In this document: in pieces, positions 24,358-37,278 of the stretch
How positions within the stretch are numbered: position 1 is the first letter of the stretch
Layout of the letters: every line of letters starts with the position of its first letter
Source of the DNA: Raja brachyura
Lineage: Eukaryota
Reading direction: 5' to 3'
DNA length: 64,000 nucleotides
Assembly: GCA_963514005.1 (NCBI GenBank)
Contig: OY740804.1
Span: 5,580,001-5,644,000 of the forward strand
Program-made: the position numbers and the translations under genes
The notes under the pieces: model-generated
What the model was told of the DNA's origin: nothing
What the model saw: the letters and a program-made list of their open reading frames with translations, nothing else
Databases searched by the model: none

Positions 24358-24743
24358 TTTGTGGTCAGAAGTACCCACCACAATACAAATCCAGGTGTGT
24401 CTGATGGGGCACAAAGTTTACTATACCTGGAGGAGGCAGTGAGGCCATGGGAGGAAAACCTGGCGGCCAATGTTAATTATATGGTCTCTCACCTGCCTCA
24501 AAAAAGCTGTTATGGTTGAGACAGCAGATTTAGATTCAAACACCTATTTATTTGTGGTCAGAAGTACCCACCACAATACAAATCCAGGTGTGTCTGATGG
24601 GGCACAAAGTTACTATACCTGGAGGAGGTGGTGAGGCCATGGAAGGAAACCTGGCGGCCAATGTTAATTATATGGTCTCTCACCTGCCTCAAAAAAGCTG
24701 TTATGATTGAAACAGCACATTTGGATTTCAACACCTATTTATT
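24358..24743 (+). repeat. ~193-bp tandem duplication within the DIRS gag region
   Basis: tttgtggtcagaagtacccacc...cacctattta occurs twice in tandem (24358-24550, 24551-24743). Confidence 0.85.
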
Positions 24744-25399
24744 GTACCTCAAAGAAGGTACCTATGGTGAATCCAGCTTTTTGGGCGCCAATGTCAGCAA
24801 TAATGCGGGCGTAGGAATTACGATTCAAAGAAACCTCAAGCTAATTTTGGCATCACTGTCTTTTGGAAGACAAGCTGGAAGGTTGTGGAATGACCAAAGT
24901 TCAGAATAAACATATGTTGGGCTTATTCTGCAACTCATTTTGAGATAAATTATATAAAATGGAAGATTGCCATTCGGCCTCTTTTACATCCAAGATTTTC
25001 AGGGTTGTGCAGGGCAAGCAATGTTCAAGCTCTTGGTTATTTGTTCGGAGGAAATCTGTCTAAACAAATTAGAGAAATGGATGAAGAGGCAAAAACTGTT
25101 GGCCTTGTGAAACCCTTCAGTTTGGCCAGAAAGGCTGGTCACATGAGAAGGGGATGTGATTTTGGAGCTGGAACGAGCCGAGGCAGGAGTATGATAAGGA
25201 AGAATTACCAGCCAGCACAGCCGAATATACACCCATTTTGGGAAAGGAGATCATTTCGTCCAGTTGGAGAGGTAAAAAAACTTTATCCTATTAAAGAAGG
25301 ATGTTTGGATGAACCTCAGATTGGTGGTAGACTCCGAATGTTTATAATGAAAGGGAGATATGAATCCATTGGGACACAATAAGCCTAATCATTCTTTGA

Positions 25400-27085
25400 T
25401 GTTTCAGTCTTGAAATAATTCAAATTGACAAAGAGGTTAAGAATTTGTGTGAGAAAGGAGTTATTGAGAAAACAGGAGAGGATCCACAACAATTGTATCA
25501 AATATTTTCCCCAGACCGAAGAAAGATGGGGGTTGTAGAATCATTTTAGATCTCACACAATTGAATACATTTGTCCAGTATAAACATTTTTAAAATGGAC
25601 ACATTCAACACTGCAATGCAGCTGGTATCAACATGTTGTTATATGGCTACAATAGATTGAAGGATGCATATTTTCGGTCCCAATTCACCATAGTTCGCAG
25701 GAAATTAAAGTTTATGGATGGGACAGCTGTGGCAATACAAAGCTTTGCCTAATGGATTAAGCCAGCACTTGCACTGCTAAGGGCACAAAACACATCGTTA
25801 TGGGTTATCTAGATGACATTTAATTTTCAATTCTAATCAGGAGTCAGCTGGAAAATCAGTCTCAGCAACTACAAGTTTGTTTGAGAAGTTGGGTTCCTGA
25901 TCCATCGAACAAATCTAAGATACAGCCATCCCAAACCATTGATTATCTGGGGTTTGTGATTAACTCAGTTACCATGTTGGTAACTTTACCAATGGATAAG
26001 GTGTTGGATTTGACAAATGTGTGTCAGAACCTGATTAACAAACCTTATCCCTCCATCCGAGAGGTTGCCAAGGTTATTGGTAAATTGGTAGCAGCATTTC
26101 CAGCAGTAGAGTTTGGCCGTCTACATTACCAAAATCTTCAAAGGGCAAAAACTCAACCGCTTTTTCAGCGAGCAGGCCATTTTGATAGGCCAATGCAATT
26201 GCCTAAGGAAGCTTTATCAGAATTACATTGGTGGATTGAGAATGTTCCACAAGCTGCTAAGAACATTTTAGTTCATAAGCCAGTCGTGTTTTTGTAAACT
26301 GACGCAAGTTCTCTCGGATGGGGGGCTACGGATAATGAGACCAGCTGTGGAGGCAGATGGGCTGCCCAAGAGGATTTATTGCTCCAAACATATGGTATTA
26401 ATTATTTGGAGCTACTGGGAGCATTTTATGGCTTAAAAGATTATTGCTCTTCATTAAAAGATTTGCATGTCCAAGTACAAATAGATAATACCACAGCTGT
26501 GGCATATATCAATCACATGGGTGGTGTCAGATCAATATCATGTGATCATCTGGTAAACCAGATGTGGCAATGGTGTATGGCAAAAAATATTTGGCTTTCA
26601 GCTATTTATCTCTCGGGGAGAGACAATGTTGTGGCAGACAAAAGATCACGAATATTTAAAGACAATACAGAATGGATGTTAAATCCACAAATTTTCAAAA
26701 AATATTCTCAGTCGGTATGGAGTACCGGACATTGATCTGTTTGCATCTAGATTGAATCACCAATTGCCCAAATGCGTGTCTTGGGAACACGATCCAGGGG
26801 CAGTAGCGGTGGATGCTTTCTCGCTACACTGGGGAATACGTTCTTTTATGCTTTTCCCCCATTCTGTCTCATTGGGCAATGTCTCAAGAAAATAGCGCAA
26901 GATGCTGCCAAAGGCATTTTGGTGGTGCCAAATTGGCCCACGCAGTCATGGTTCCCATTGATGCTAAAATGATTATTGAACCATGTATGACAATTCCCAG
27001 TTGCGACAATCTGTTGACACAACCAGTAACAAAAGAAATTCATCCATTGCATGATCATATGAATTTGTTAATCTGCAGGTTCTGA
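25400..27085 (+). pseudogene. DIRS pol (RT, RNase H, Dam-methyltransferase-like domain), frameshifted
   Basis: Fragmented ORFs 25881-26297, 26379-26735 and 26772-26972 carry the canonical motifs, separated by stops and frameshifts. Confidence 0.88.
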
Positions 27086-27389
27086 CCAGACCGTTGCAAT
27101 AGTTTGAACTGTCGGACATGACCATGGATGTTATAGATGCAGCTTGGAGGAATAGCACTAAAAACAATATATGTCGCATATAAGGAAATGGGAAGTTTTT
27201 GTACACAGTGAAAAATATCTTATCATACTGCAAACATTTCAAATGTATTGGAGTTCCTTGCTGGGTTACACTTTGATGAGCATTTGAGTTATAGTGCCAT
27301 TAATTGTGCTCGTAGTGCATTGTCATCCTATTTAGGACAAATTTTCGGATCGGGATTCAGTTGGGTCTCACCCATTAGTATCCCGATTC

Positions 27390-28052
27390 ATGAAAGGAAT
27401 TTTCAATAAAAATCCTCCCAAGCCCAGATATACAGAAATTTGGGATGTTAGCATTGTTCTCACTTTGCTTAAACAATGGGCTCCAATTAATTCAATTTCT
27501 TTGCAGAAATTAACATTCAAGATGGTAATGTTAATGGCATTGGTATCAGCTCAAAGAGTACACATTTTGCAATTGTTACGGTTGGATTGCATGCATGTGA
27601 CTACAGATAACATTGTGTTTTATGTTTATGACTTGATCAAACAAAGCAGACCAGGAAGAATTGGAATGAAGGTAATGTTTAAAGCATATCCTATTGATGA
27701 AACATTGTGTGTAGTTAAGCATTTAACTCAATACATTGAGGTAACCAAAAAACTCAGAGGTTCTGAGAAAGCGTTATTGATAACACACAAAAAGCCACAT
27801 ACAAAAGTTTCAGTTCAAACCATTTCTAGATGGTTAAAACAGGTTTTGGGTCTAGCAGGAATAGACACTGATGTGTTTAAATCTCACTCCACTAGGGCGG
27901 CAGCTACGTCCGTGGCGAAGGTACAGGACGTACCACTCGATAAAATTTTAGAGGCCACAGGGTGGTCTAGAGAAGAGATTTTTTCAAAGTTCTACAATAA
28001 ACCTGTTGTCACGGTGCCAGGATTTGGACACGCAGTACTGGGTTCTCTTTAA
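27390..28052 (+). CDS. DIRS tyrosine recombinase catalytic domain (open 220-aa segment)
   Basis: SAQR...HSTR...GWS...FY catalytic R/H-x-x-R/W/Y signature; the N-terminal part (~27120-27390) is frameshifted. Confidence 0.85.
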   Translation: MKGIFNKNPPKPRYTEIWDVSIVLTLLKQWAPINSISLQKLTFKMVMLMALVSAQRVHILQLLRLDCMHVTTDNIVFYVYDLIKQSRPGRIGMKVMFKAYPIDETLCVVKHLTQYIEVTKKLRGSEKALLITHKKPHTKVSVQTISRWLKQVLGLAGIDTDVFKSHSTRAAATSVAKVQDVPLDKILEATGWSREEIFSKFYNKPVVTVPGFGHAVLGSL

Positions 28053-28784
28053 ATGCTTGCTTTGTTTTATATTATCGATTTATATTATTGATTTATGTTA
28101 CCATTGACATCATTTATCAATTTATTTTGTAATTTTCCGCTGCGATAGAGGGGTTATTATTAAAAAAGTTGTTCTTTTTATGATTAAAGGACATTACATA
28201 AATTGTAACAATGTCCTAAAATACTATTTACTCACTACTGTTTTGACTAAACAGAGAGTCGTATGAAATGAATTTACGACATAAAAAACACAGAGCTTTA
28301 AAATCTTCACGTAGTCACTCACGTGACTCCAAAGTAAAATAGTGAGATTAAATGAGAACTTACCTGTTCGAAGTTTGATCTTTATTTTATGAGGAGTTAC
28401 GATGAGGGATTACGTGCCCTCCACTCCCAACCCTCATAATGTAAATAATCATCTGGTAGTTCTAGTCTATTTTGAGCCTTACTATTTTACTTCGGCTATT
28501 GGTTCTGTGTTTTTCATGCCGCTGCTTTGAAGTATGCCGATCCAGCGCCAGGCGGGGCTTCTTCACGTAATCCCTCATCGTAACTCCTCATAAAATAAAG
28601 ATCAAACTTCGAACAGGTAAGTTCTCGTTTAATCTCACTATTTCAGATCCATCACCACAATGCACTGAGTTCCATTTCCCCCATTACACGTCTACACACA
28701 CTTAACCACCTCTGCTGTGGAAAGGGTGCACAGGACCCCAACTAACATTGAACATTTCAATATCCAGATCTGGCTTTCACTCAC

Positions 28785-28821
28785 CGGGCAGCGAGGAGAC
28801 GAGAAGAATGAGAATCCACAT
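28785..28821 (-). CDS. Gene 3 leader exon MWILILLVSSLP
   Basis: ATG, 37 nt, G|GTGAGT donor; joins the V exon as ...SLPVSGAVW. Confidence 0.87.
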
Positions 28822-31074
28822 TGTTTTATCCACAGCCATAAAGCCAGCACTTGTTTGCCTGTCGCTCAGCTCTGAGCTCTCATATACAACCGCATCTCTC
28901 AACTAGCAATGAGGAAGGAGGGAACAGGAAGTCACATCGTGAACCACAGCAAGCAGTAGCAACTCGACACGACGTAGTGTGAAAGGTTCAGGGTTATATT
29001 TAGCAAATGGTTGGGTCAGATGTTCACAGAGTCATACGGCAGGAAACAGGCCCTTCTCCCCAAGCGTTAAACCAATATGCTCATCTAAGTTAGTCAAATT
29101 TGCCCACGCTCGATCCATATCTCCGCAAACCTTCCCTATCCATGGGCCTGTCCAAGTGCCCGATACACGTTGATATTGCAGCTGCTTCAGCCACTTCGTC
29201 AAGTGTGATGTATCCGTAAGGATGGAGCTGCGGTTATCTGTGTACTCAGAGTCTGTTAACACTGAACAGTGGCAGATAAAAAATAAATAAAGGAGCAACT
29301 CTGCGGGCCAGGTAGCACCTCTGGAGAAAATGGATAGGTGATGTTTCGGGTCCTTCGTGCAAACAATGATACATTGGATAAAATATGACATTTAGAAGAG
29401 TAGAAACGTCTAAGGTGTGTACACTTCCTGATCATTCCCTCTTGATGATTTTGTAAGTGGACCGTCAGATCAAACATATAATCATTGGAACTTTTGTTGT
29501 GGCATATTACTGGTGACAAGGGGCAAAACAGGAAGCTGGCGTGAGGAAGTAGGGGCTTTTGACCTGAAATCAGCTGAGGTTAATTGGAGTTTGATCCTCT
29601 TCTCTCTGCTTCAACTCTTTAATTCAAAGTTTGAAACACTATTGTCATGATATTCACGTTTTGAAAATGACAATTAATGGTGTTGTGGATTGTGAAGAAA
29701 TGTGTCTAGAATTACCACAGGATGGAAATCCACTGGGAAAGCGGGATGTGGAATGTAACTGACATGTGTAAAGTAACGGAAACAAGGGCGAAGTGATACA
29801 CTCAGTGAAGTTCAAGCAAGATAGAATATGCACGCTGAATTGAATTGTTAACTTGTCTTCTTTGCAATGCAGAGCGAATACATTAGTTGTGTCCATGTAC
29901 ATTCCATTGTCTGATTTTGTACATCTGCCTACAACGATTTCATTCCGTGCGTAACCGGTGGCATTATAATATAACCTAATATCTGCTGCGGGCTATCGTT
30001 CTGGGTGTGTCACTTTCAGTTGAACAGTGCAGTTTATTCGGGTTGTGTACATCTGTGGCAATATTATGCATCACATGGTATCGGTGCAACACACTGATGT
30101 GTCCGCCACTGATGTTAACTGAGCATTGGCGACCCTCAGTAAAGGATCTCTTGTTGGGAGCTATTTCCTGTTTACTTGCCCAACTAAAAACACTGCAGAG
30201 AGGAATCGACGATGCAGCAAAATAATTTAATTCTGTCTCAATTCGCTATTGACCCATGTATTCTGCAAACACTGCTCAGCAAAGAGTGTTACATCGAGCT
30301 GCTCGCAAGATGCGGTTCAGAGATACGAATCTGCACACCCTTGTTTCAGCAGCGCGAACAAAGTGTCAGCACTGCAGAACAATTCAATTTAAAGAAATAA
30401 ATTAGTGTTTCAACATCTCAGATTAAATTTCATTGCAAGCCAGTACCCACCACTAAAAACAATCGTGGCATCGAACCGAAATATCACCCATTCTTTCCAA
30501 CCAGTGATGCTGCCTATCTCGCTGAGTTGTTCCAGTGTTTTGTGTCTATCTGTGGCATCTCAGATCGTTTATCTCTCACTGTCTGTGACGCACCTTGGGA
30601 TGTCTTGCAGTGGGGAAATGATCCAACTCAAGACCATTCCACGCATTAGACCATTAACAAGCTCCATTTGAACGGACCAGGCAGCATCAGTGTGACCACA
30701 GAATCTGCAAGTATCTCTGGTTATTCAGCACCCCTCGGATATCTCTGACACTGGTGGTTTGTGAGTTTAAAGCAGCCCCTGGTGTCATCTCCTCGTCTCC
30801 CCGCTTACTGCGTGAATAATATTTATCTTTGTCAGTGGGACACTTACCCAAAGCAATCCTTGAATCTTTCCGAACTTTATGGCGGTTACTCCGTTATTGC
30901 AGGTCACCATTTCTTATTTGCAAACAACACCCTTCACAGTTCTTTCATGGGCGGGGTTACAGTCACAAGTCAGACTGAGGAAAGCAACACAATGTATTTG
31001 CAGTTTCACACCCCGCGCTTTGCAAGCTGCAACTGAACCATTTTGTTCTGCACAGAATAGACTTTCCACTAATT

Positions 31075-31388
31075 TAGTTTAGTTTGGAGATACAGCGAGG
31101 AAACAGGCCCTTCGGCCCACCGAGTCCACACTGACCAGCGATCCCCGCTCATTAACACTACCCCACACACACTGGGGACAATTTACATTCATAGCAAGCC
31201 AATTAATCTACATACCTGTACGGCTTGGGAGTGTGGGAGGAAACGCAAGATCTCGAAGAAAACACTCGCGGTCACGGTAGAACGTACAAACTCCGCACAG
31301 ACAGCTCCCGTAGTCGGGATCGAACCCGGGTCTCCGGCGCAGCAAGCGCTGTAATGTAGCAACTCTACCGTTGCGCCACCTTGGCCAC
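31075..31388 (-). mobile_element. tRNA-derived V-SINE (HE1-like)
   Basis: GGTGGCGCAACGGTAGAG A-box and GGTTCGATCC B-box on the minus strand; paralog of 11870-12190. Confidence 0.72.
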
Positions 31389-31599
31389 TAATTGTAGTCA
31401 TTTAACGCATTTGTACGGTGGACAAAATGAATAACTCGTTGCAGCATTAATATGTTTATCAACATTACGGTACTCAAAAGAAGCGAAAGTGGGGTGATAT
31501 AGAACCAGTGTGAAAGGGCTGATTGCTGGCTGACGCGGGCTCGCTGGGCCAAATGGTATGTATCCATGCTGTGTCTTTCAATCAGTCAACAAAATAGTT

Positions 31600-32112
31600 G
31601 TGCAAAAATACTGGAGTAACTCAGCGGGACAGGCAGCATCACTGGATGAAAGGAATGGGTGCCGTTTCGGGTCGAGACCCTTCTTCAGACTGAAGTCAAG
31701 TGAGAGGGAGAAACTTGGATATGGATCCGTGGTGTGGAAACGGGACAAACGGGATGGAGGTCAAGGAAAATAATAGATCATTGTTAGCTGGGAGAAGGTA
31801 ACAATAAAGCAATTAGAGTTAAAATGTAGTCGGAGACTGCCAGACTGATATGAGAACTGAGAGGGGGGTGGGACTGAGGGAAAGCAAGGGTTACTTGAAG
31901 TTAGAGAAGTAAATGTTCACACCGATGGGGTGTAAGCTGCCGAAACTAAATATGAGGTGCCGTTCCTCCAATTTGTGCTGGGACACACTCTGACAATGGA
32001 GGATGCCCAGAAGAGAAATGTCAGTGTGGGAATGGGAGAGGAAGTTAAAGTGTTTAGCGACCGGGATATCAAGTAGGTTTAGGCGGGCTGGAGGTGTTCA
32101 GCCAAACGATCG
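31600..32112 (-). mobile_element. Penelope-like element 3' fragment
   Basis: Paralog of 12410-12930; hammerhead-like motif at ~31660-31692. Confidence 0.7.
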
Positions 32113-32531
32113 CATCTGTGGTGAGAAAAATAAGGCTAATCGCCTGAACAATCTCCTTCCATAATTTTGTTCTGATGGGATAGCATGGGCTGAAAGATTA
32201 ACTGAATGCCTTTCCTAAACACCTTTAACGTTTGGCAACAAGAGGGTTATCCAGCAGTCTGATTGCAGTCACCAATATTGCATTCTAAACAATACAAAGT
32301 AGACAAACCATTTATTGACAACCATTTATTAAGAAGCATTATGTTGCAGTATTATTCACTAATCTGTGAAATACATTTTTTTTTCCAGGAAGTTGAATGC
32401 ATATAGTATAGTTTAAAAGAGTATAAGACTGGAGCAGCAGAAACCATGCAGAGGTAAAACAATAGTTCGAAGCTGACGAAAGAAACCTTGGAAGAGGTGA
32501 CAAACATTAAGGTGGAGCAAGCTAGGTGGCT

Positions 32532-32579
32532 TCATTGTAATTCTTGGGCCGAGCGGCGAGATTCTGATTCATCGCGTCT
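32532..32579 (-). pseudogene. Gene 4 terminal exon RRDESESRRSAQELQ*
   Basis: TTTTTCAG acceptor, phase 0, followed by two AATAAA at 32311-32330. Confidence 0.65.
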
Positions 32580-33110
32580 CTGAAAAATACAATGTGAAGT
32601 CATCAGACTCATTGACAGTGGGAACCACGCTTTATTTGACCCGACCACTCCCAACACATTGCTGTCTGGAAGATTGACCTTAACAAATCCACATATGAAA
32701 ACGTGCACGGTTTTTGTTTCTATCAATGGACGGATATTTGAAAGCATTAATGGAAACCGTTTGCAAACATTCGGCGAAGGGAAGTAATTGCTTTGGTCAG
32801 AGGTTGGTGAATCGATGAATTTAATGCCACATGAGACTGTGGAGGCCAGGTTAATTCACACCGGACATGCTACCTGTCCCACCGAGTTATTCCAGCATTG
32901 TTGTATCTATCCAAATCAATTGATATTATTAAGGCGGAGATTTTCATATTCTTGATAAATAAGAATGTCAATGGTTATGGGGAGAAGGCAGGAGAATGGG
33001 ATTGAGAGGGGAGGATAAATAATCCGTGATTGGGGGCGTATTACATATGATGGGCTGAATGGCATTATTCTGCTCCTATAATTTATGAACATGATGGCAA
33101 TAAATCGTAC

Positions 33111-33201
33111 CTTAGAGCCCCTTGTGAACACCGCGGTTGAGATACTCCAGATCACAAGCAGGAGATCGAACACCCAGCGCCCCACTTTCCATGAGATGTA
33201 A
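33111..33201 (-). pseudogene. Gene 4 activating-type TM exon (YISWKVGRWVFDLLLVIWSISTAVFTRGSK), open but orphaned
   Basis: 91 nt, AG/GT flanked, hydrophobic segment preceded by Arg; the upstream ectodomain exons are destroyed. Confidence 0.8.
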
Positions 33202-34268
33202 CTGGGCAAAGGGCAAGAGATACAGTGTCAAATGGAGGAAACGAAACGGTTCATCTTTGAAGCATTTACCTGTTATTTGCTTCATAATCATGGTGAAGTG
33301 GAGCAGGGCGAAGCAGCAGAGTCAATGGAGATCATCTTGGAGAAAGAACGGGTGTTGGACTGTGGGTAGTGGTGGGGGTAGTGGTGGGGGAGGAGGGGGG
33401 GAGAGAACTTATGATCACCTATTGTTCACCTCAATGCTGGGGCATGGCAACAAGACTGGGAATGAGAGACTACGCGGTTAAATGGATTCGGAGAAGACAG
33501 AGAAATAAATCATGAGATGGGGCAAGGAATATAAAGTAGATAGACACAAAATGTTGGAGAAAGCGGAAGAGGCAGCAGCTCTGGAGAGGAATGACGTTTT
33601 GGTCGAGACCACACTTGAGACTAGGAGTCACGGGAGAAGGAAACTGGGGATGTGGAAGGATACAAAGAACAGTGTAATATCCTGGAAGAAAGAAAATACA
33701 GCTGCAAGGAAGATTATAATAAAATCCATATTGATGGACTAATCATAAAACAGGATCAATTCTAATGGTGGAAGGGAGATGGGGCAATAAATATGGAAAT
33801 AGATGAGGCCAGTTATAAAATAACGTAAAAATTATAATGCTTAATCTCACACCCTCGATATTACTTTAATTCACGCGGTAGGTGTGTGGATGGAGGAATC
33901 GTGTTCGAAAAATCGGGTAAAGTTCGCTCATTACAGCGTGGCTTTTATTATCTTTCTTATTTCCGAATGCAAGCATAGCACAAGAGTGTGATAGAAAGCC
34001 AGATCTATTTCAATTGTAAGAAGATAATGACAAAATGTTCCCACTTTCATGACTATATTGTGATGGAATATTCAGGGTTTTGTTTTAAGATTTCAAGTTT
34101 CATTGTGTAAGTTAATCTCAGTTCGCTGTATTCGGTTTGATGAAATACTATTTTCTTACATTCTGCAAATTGTAGTGTGTGACCCCCACAAACATCAGCA
34201 AATTGGTGGTGTGTGACCCCCATGAATTGCAAGATGTTGCCACAAGTGATATCAAGGTGGTATCTTAG

Positions 34269-35287
34269 TAGCAATGTTACAACATATTGGGATTTAAAAA
34301 ATCAAGCCTGCAATTTATCCAATCAGATAAAGCATTAAAAAAAGTTTAATTTGATACCTAATTTACTTTCATATCTTCAGTATTAAAAAAGTTATGGCCA
34401 TTTTCATACTCGGAAATTAGCATCTTGTTCCCCATTGCCTTTCCATTGACTTAACTCAAAAGCTGTGATCTAGAACAGTCAAAAGCCCATAACTTTCTTA
34501 ACAATTAAGAGAACTCAATGACATTTTCAGTTATTATAGATTGAAGCATTCTGAAACAAATATGAACAAATCTTACTTGGATGACCTGAAATTCAAGCAT
34601 ATAATTAGTTAGTTATCTAATTGTAGCTAATTACAAAATTCAATTACTAGATCTAAACATCTATCCATTTCTTAAGAAAAGATAAACTTTTTAAAAATTG
34701 CCTGTGTCCAAATAACATTCACACAATAATCCACAATATAGCATGATTTTTTATTTCTAATTTTCATGAATTTATAGGTCAAATGGAAGGAATTTAGTGT
34801 TTAATGCCTGTAAATTAATGGCCATTTAAATCAACTAGCGAGTGGGTTTTAGTGGAATGCGGTGGATTGGAACGTTGTGGTTTGCGGTGAAGTCAGTATG
34901 AAAAATACAGCCGGTTCATACATTTTTTTGGTCCCCTTCTCGCAACATGAAAATGTGATTAAAGCCTTCTTAAAAACCAAGTTTTAATGTAAAAATACAC
35001 TGTGCACTTTATTTTCTCCTCTACGTTAGGTCCATTCTGCTGTCGGCGCTCAGGGCTTTAGAAGATGATTTTTAAACTACTCTAGTTAATAAATAATCTA
35101 CCGTAGTTTAAAAATACCTTCATGAATGAAATGTCTGAGCGATTTCTCTTTAGCGACGAAATCACCCGACATGGATCGATTTGGACTGTCTAGGAAAAAA
35201 CGGCATTTTAAACCCACCCCCCTCTGAAAAGCGCCAAAGTCACGCACACGGGGAGCGGCAGAACTGGTAGGTATGGTAACATACCTA
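34269..35287. mobile_element. Second copy of the ~1.02 kb non-autonomous DNA transposon, 7-bp TSD ATCTTAG
   Basis: Colinear with 17120-18148; TIRs tagcaatgttac / gtaacataccta; TSD at 34262-34268 and 35288-35294. Confidence 0.88.
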
Positions 35288-35714
35288 ATCTTAGCCCATA
35301 ATTCACAATGCATTTTCCTATCAGCACCACACCAGACCAAGTCACAGCAAAGCTAAACTGCAAGACTTGGGATTGGCAACAATATTCATCTCACAGCATG
35401 CGGTGAGTTTAGTGAAGGAGAAGTCATAGTGAAACAAAGAAACATTGAATTCTCTCAATTTCATTAGCCCTTACTGTCTCCTCCCCTTCCTAGCACTCCC
35501 TCTGCCCTCAGACTCCTCCTCCTCCTCCTTTTTCATTTCGTCTCCCTCCCCCCCCCCCCCTCCCCCCCCCTCCACCCCCCATCAGTCTGAAGTAGGGTTT
35601 CGGCCCAAAACGTTGCCTATTTCCTTCGCTCCATATATGCTGCTGCACACGCTGAGTTTCTCCAGCACTTTTGTCTACCTTTGATTTTCCAGCATCTGCA
35701 GTTCCTTCTTAAAA

Positions 35715-37110
35715 ACAGGTGAAATTATTATGGGCAACAAAGAAATGGCAGAAGAGTTGAATAGTTACTTCGGATCTGTCTTCATTAAGGAAGACAGAAA
35801 CGACCCCCCAGATGTACTGGAGGACAGAGGACCTGAGAGGATAGAGGAACCGAAATAAATTTTCATTAGGCGAGAAATTGTATTGGATAGGCTAATGGGA
35901 CTGAAGGATGATATATCCCTGGACCTGATGGTCTGCATCCCAGGATCCTCAAGGAGGTGGTTCTAGAAATAGTGGACGCATTGGTGATAATTTTCCAATG
36001 TTCAATAGATTCAGGATCAGTTCCTGTGGATTGGAGGATAGCTAATGTTATCCGACTTTGCAAGAAATGGGCGAGAGAGAAAATGGAATTACAGACCAGT
36101 TAACCTGTCTTCGGTGGTGGGAAACATGTGGGAGTCAGCTATTAAAGAGGTTATAATGGAGCATTTGGATAGCAGTAAAAGGATTAGTCCAAGTCAACAT
36201 GGATTTATGAAGGGGAAATCATGCTTGATTAATCCTCTGGAATCTTTTGAGGATGTGACAAGTAAAATGGATGAAGGGGAGCCAGTGGATGTAGTGTATC
36301 TAGACTTTCAGAAAGCCTTTGATAAGGTCCCGCACGGGAGAGAGGTGACTAAAATTAGAGCACATGGTATCGGATGTAGGGTGTTGACATGGATAGAAAA
36401 TTGGTTGGCAGACCGGAAGTAAAGAGTAGGAGTGAACGGGTCATTTTCAGAATGGCAGGCTGTGGCGAGTGGAGTGCCGCAAGGCTCGGTGTTGGGGCCG
36501 CAACTGTTTACCATATATATTAATGATTTGGAAGAGGGAATTAGGAGCAACCCTAGCAAGTTTACGGATAACACAAAGCTGTGTGGCAGTGTGAACTGTG
36601 AAGAAGATGTTAGGAGGTTGCAGGGGGACCTGGACAGGTTGAGTGAGTGGGCAGATGTGTGGCAGATGCAGTATAATATAGATAAATGTGAGGCTATCCA
36701 CTTTGGCGGCAAAAACAAGGGGCAGATTATTATCTCAATGGGGTTAGGTAAGGTGGAGGTGCTGCGAGACCTAGGCGTCCTTATACAACGGTCACTGAAA
36801 GTTAGCTTACATGTACAGCAGGCAGTGAAGAAAGCTAATGGAATATTGGCCTTCATAACAAGAGGATTTCAGTCTAGGAGTAAAGAGGTTCTTCTGCTGT
36901 TGTATAGGGCTCTCGTGAGACCACATCTGGAGTATTGTGTACAGTTTTGGTCTCCTAATTTGAGGAAGGACATCCTTGTGATTGAAGCAGTGCAGCGTAG
37001 GTTCACGAGATTGATCCCTGGGATGGTGTGACTGTCATCTGAGAAAAGATTTGAAAGACTAGGCTTGTATTCACCGGAGTTTAGAAGGATGAGGGGGATT
37101 CTTATAGAAA
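35715..37110 (+). mobile_element. CR1 LINE ORF2 (RT) fragment with stops, 3'-truncated and fused to the gene 4 V exon
   Basis: NYRPVNLSS, QHGFMKGKSC, YLDFQKAFD, GVPQGSVLGP, KFTDNT, RPHLEYCVQFWSP motifs. Confidence 0.92.
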
Positions 37111-37278
37111 CCCGTCCGGGTTGCCCATTTATTTCCACTAAAACTCTACACGGGCGGCTCCTCCTATGGCACTAGTATTTTCTGTGTGAGCGGTACGCTG
37201 CTGCATAGTGAAATTCGACTGTGATCGCGCTTCCCATAACTCCTCTCACATACATCTCTCCCTACAGTGCATCTGGAA
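37111..37278 (-). pseudogene. Gene 4 V exon remnant (two TAG stops, B-strand Cys->Phe, 3' half lost)
   Basis: Homologous to the 5' half of 22196-22516; TAG at 37262-37264 and 37172-37174. Confidence 0.88.

Larger units (their letters stand above)
23690..28640 (+). mobile_element. DIRS1-type tyrosine-recombinase retrotransposon, structurally complete but decayed
   Basis: ITRs (23690-23751 / 28534-28640) and an internal complementary region at 28304-28416. RT (IDLKDAY, YLDD), RNase H (TDAS, INYLEL, IDNTTAVAYIN), Dam-like (DLFAS, YAFPPF) and YR motifs. Empty site at ~9745-9765. Confidence 0.93.

Noticed and set aside
27390-28052. Phage integrase, bacterial contamination or horizontal transfer
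   Set aside because: The YR lies within a DIRS element with RT/RNase H, ITRs and ICR, inserted in a vertebrate intron.
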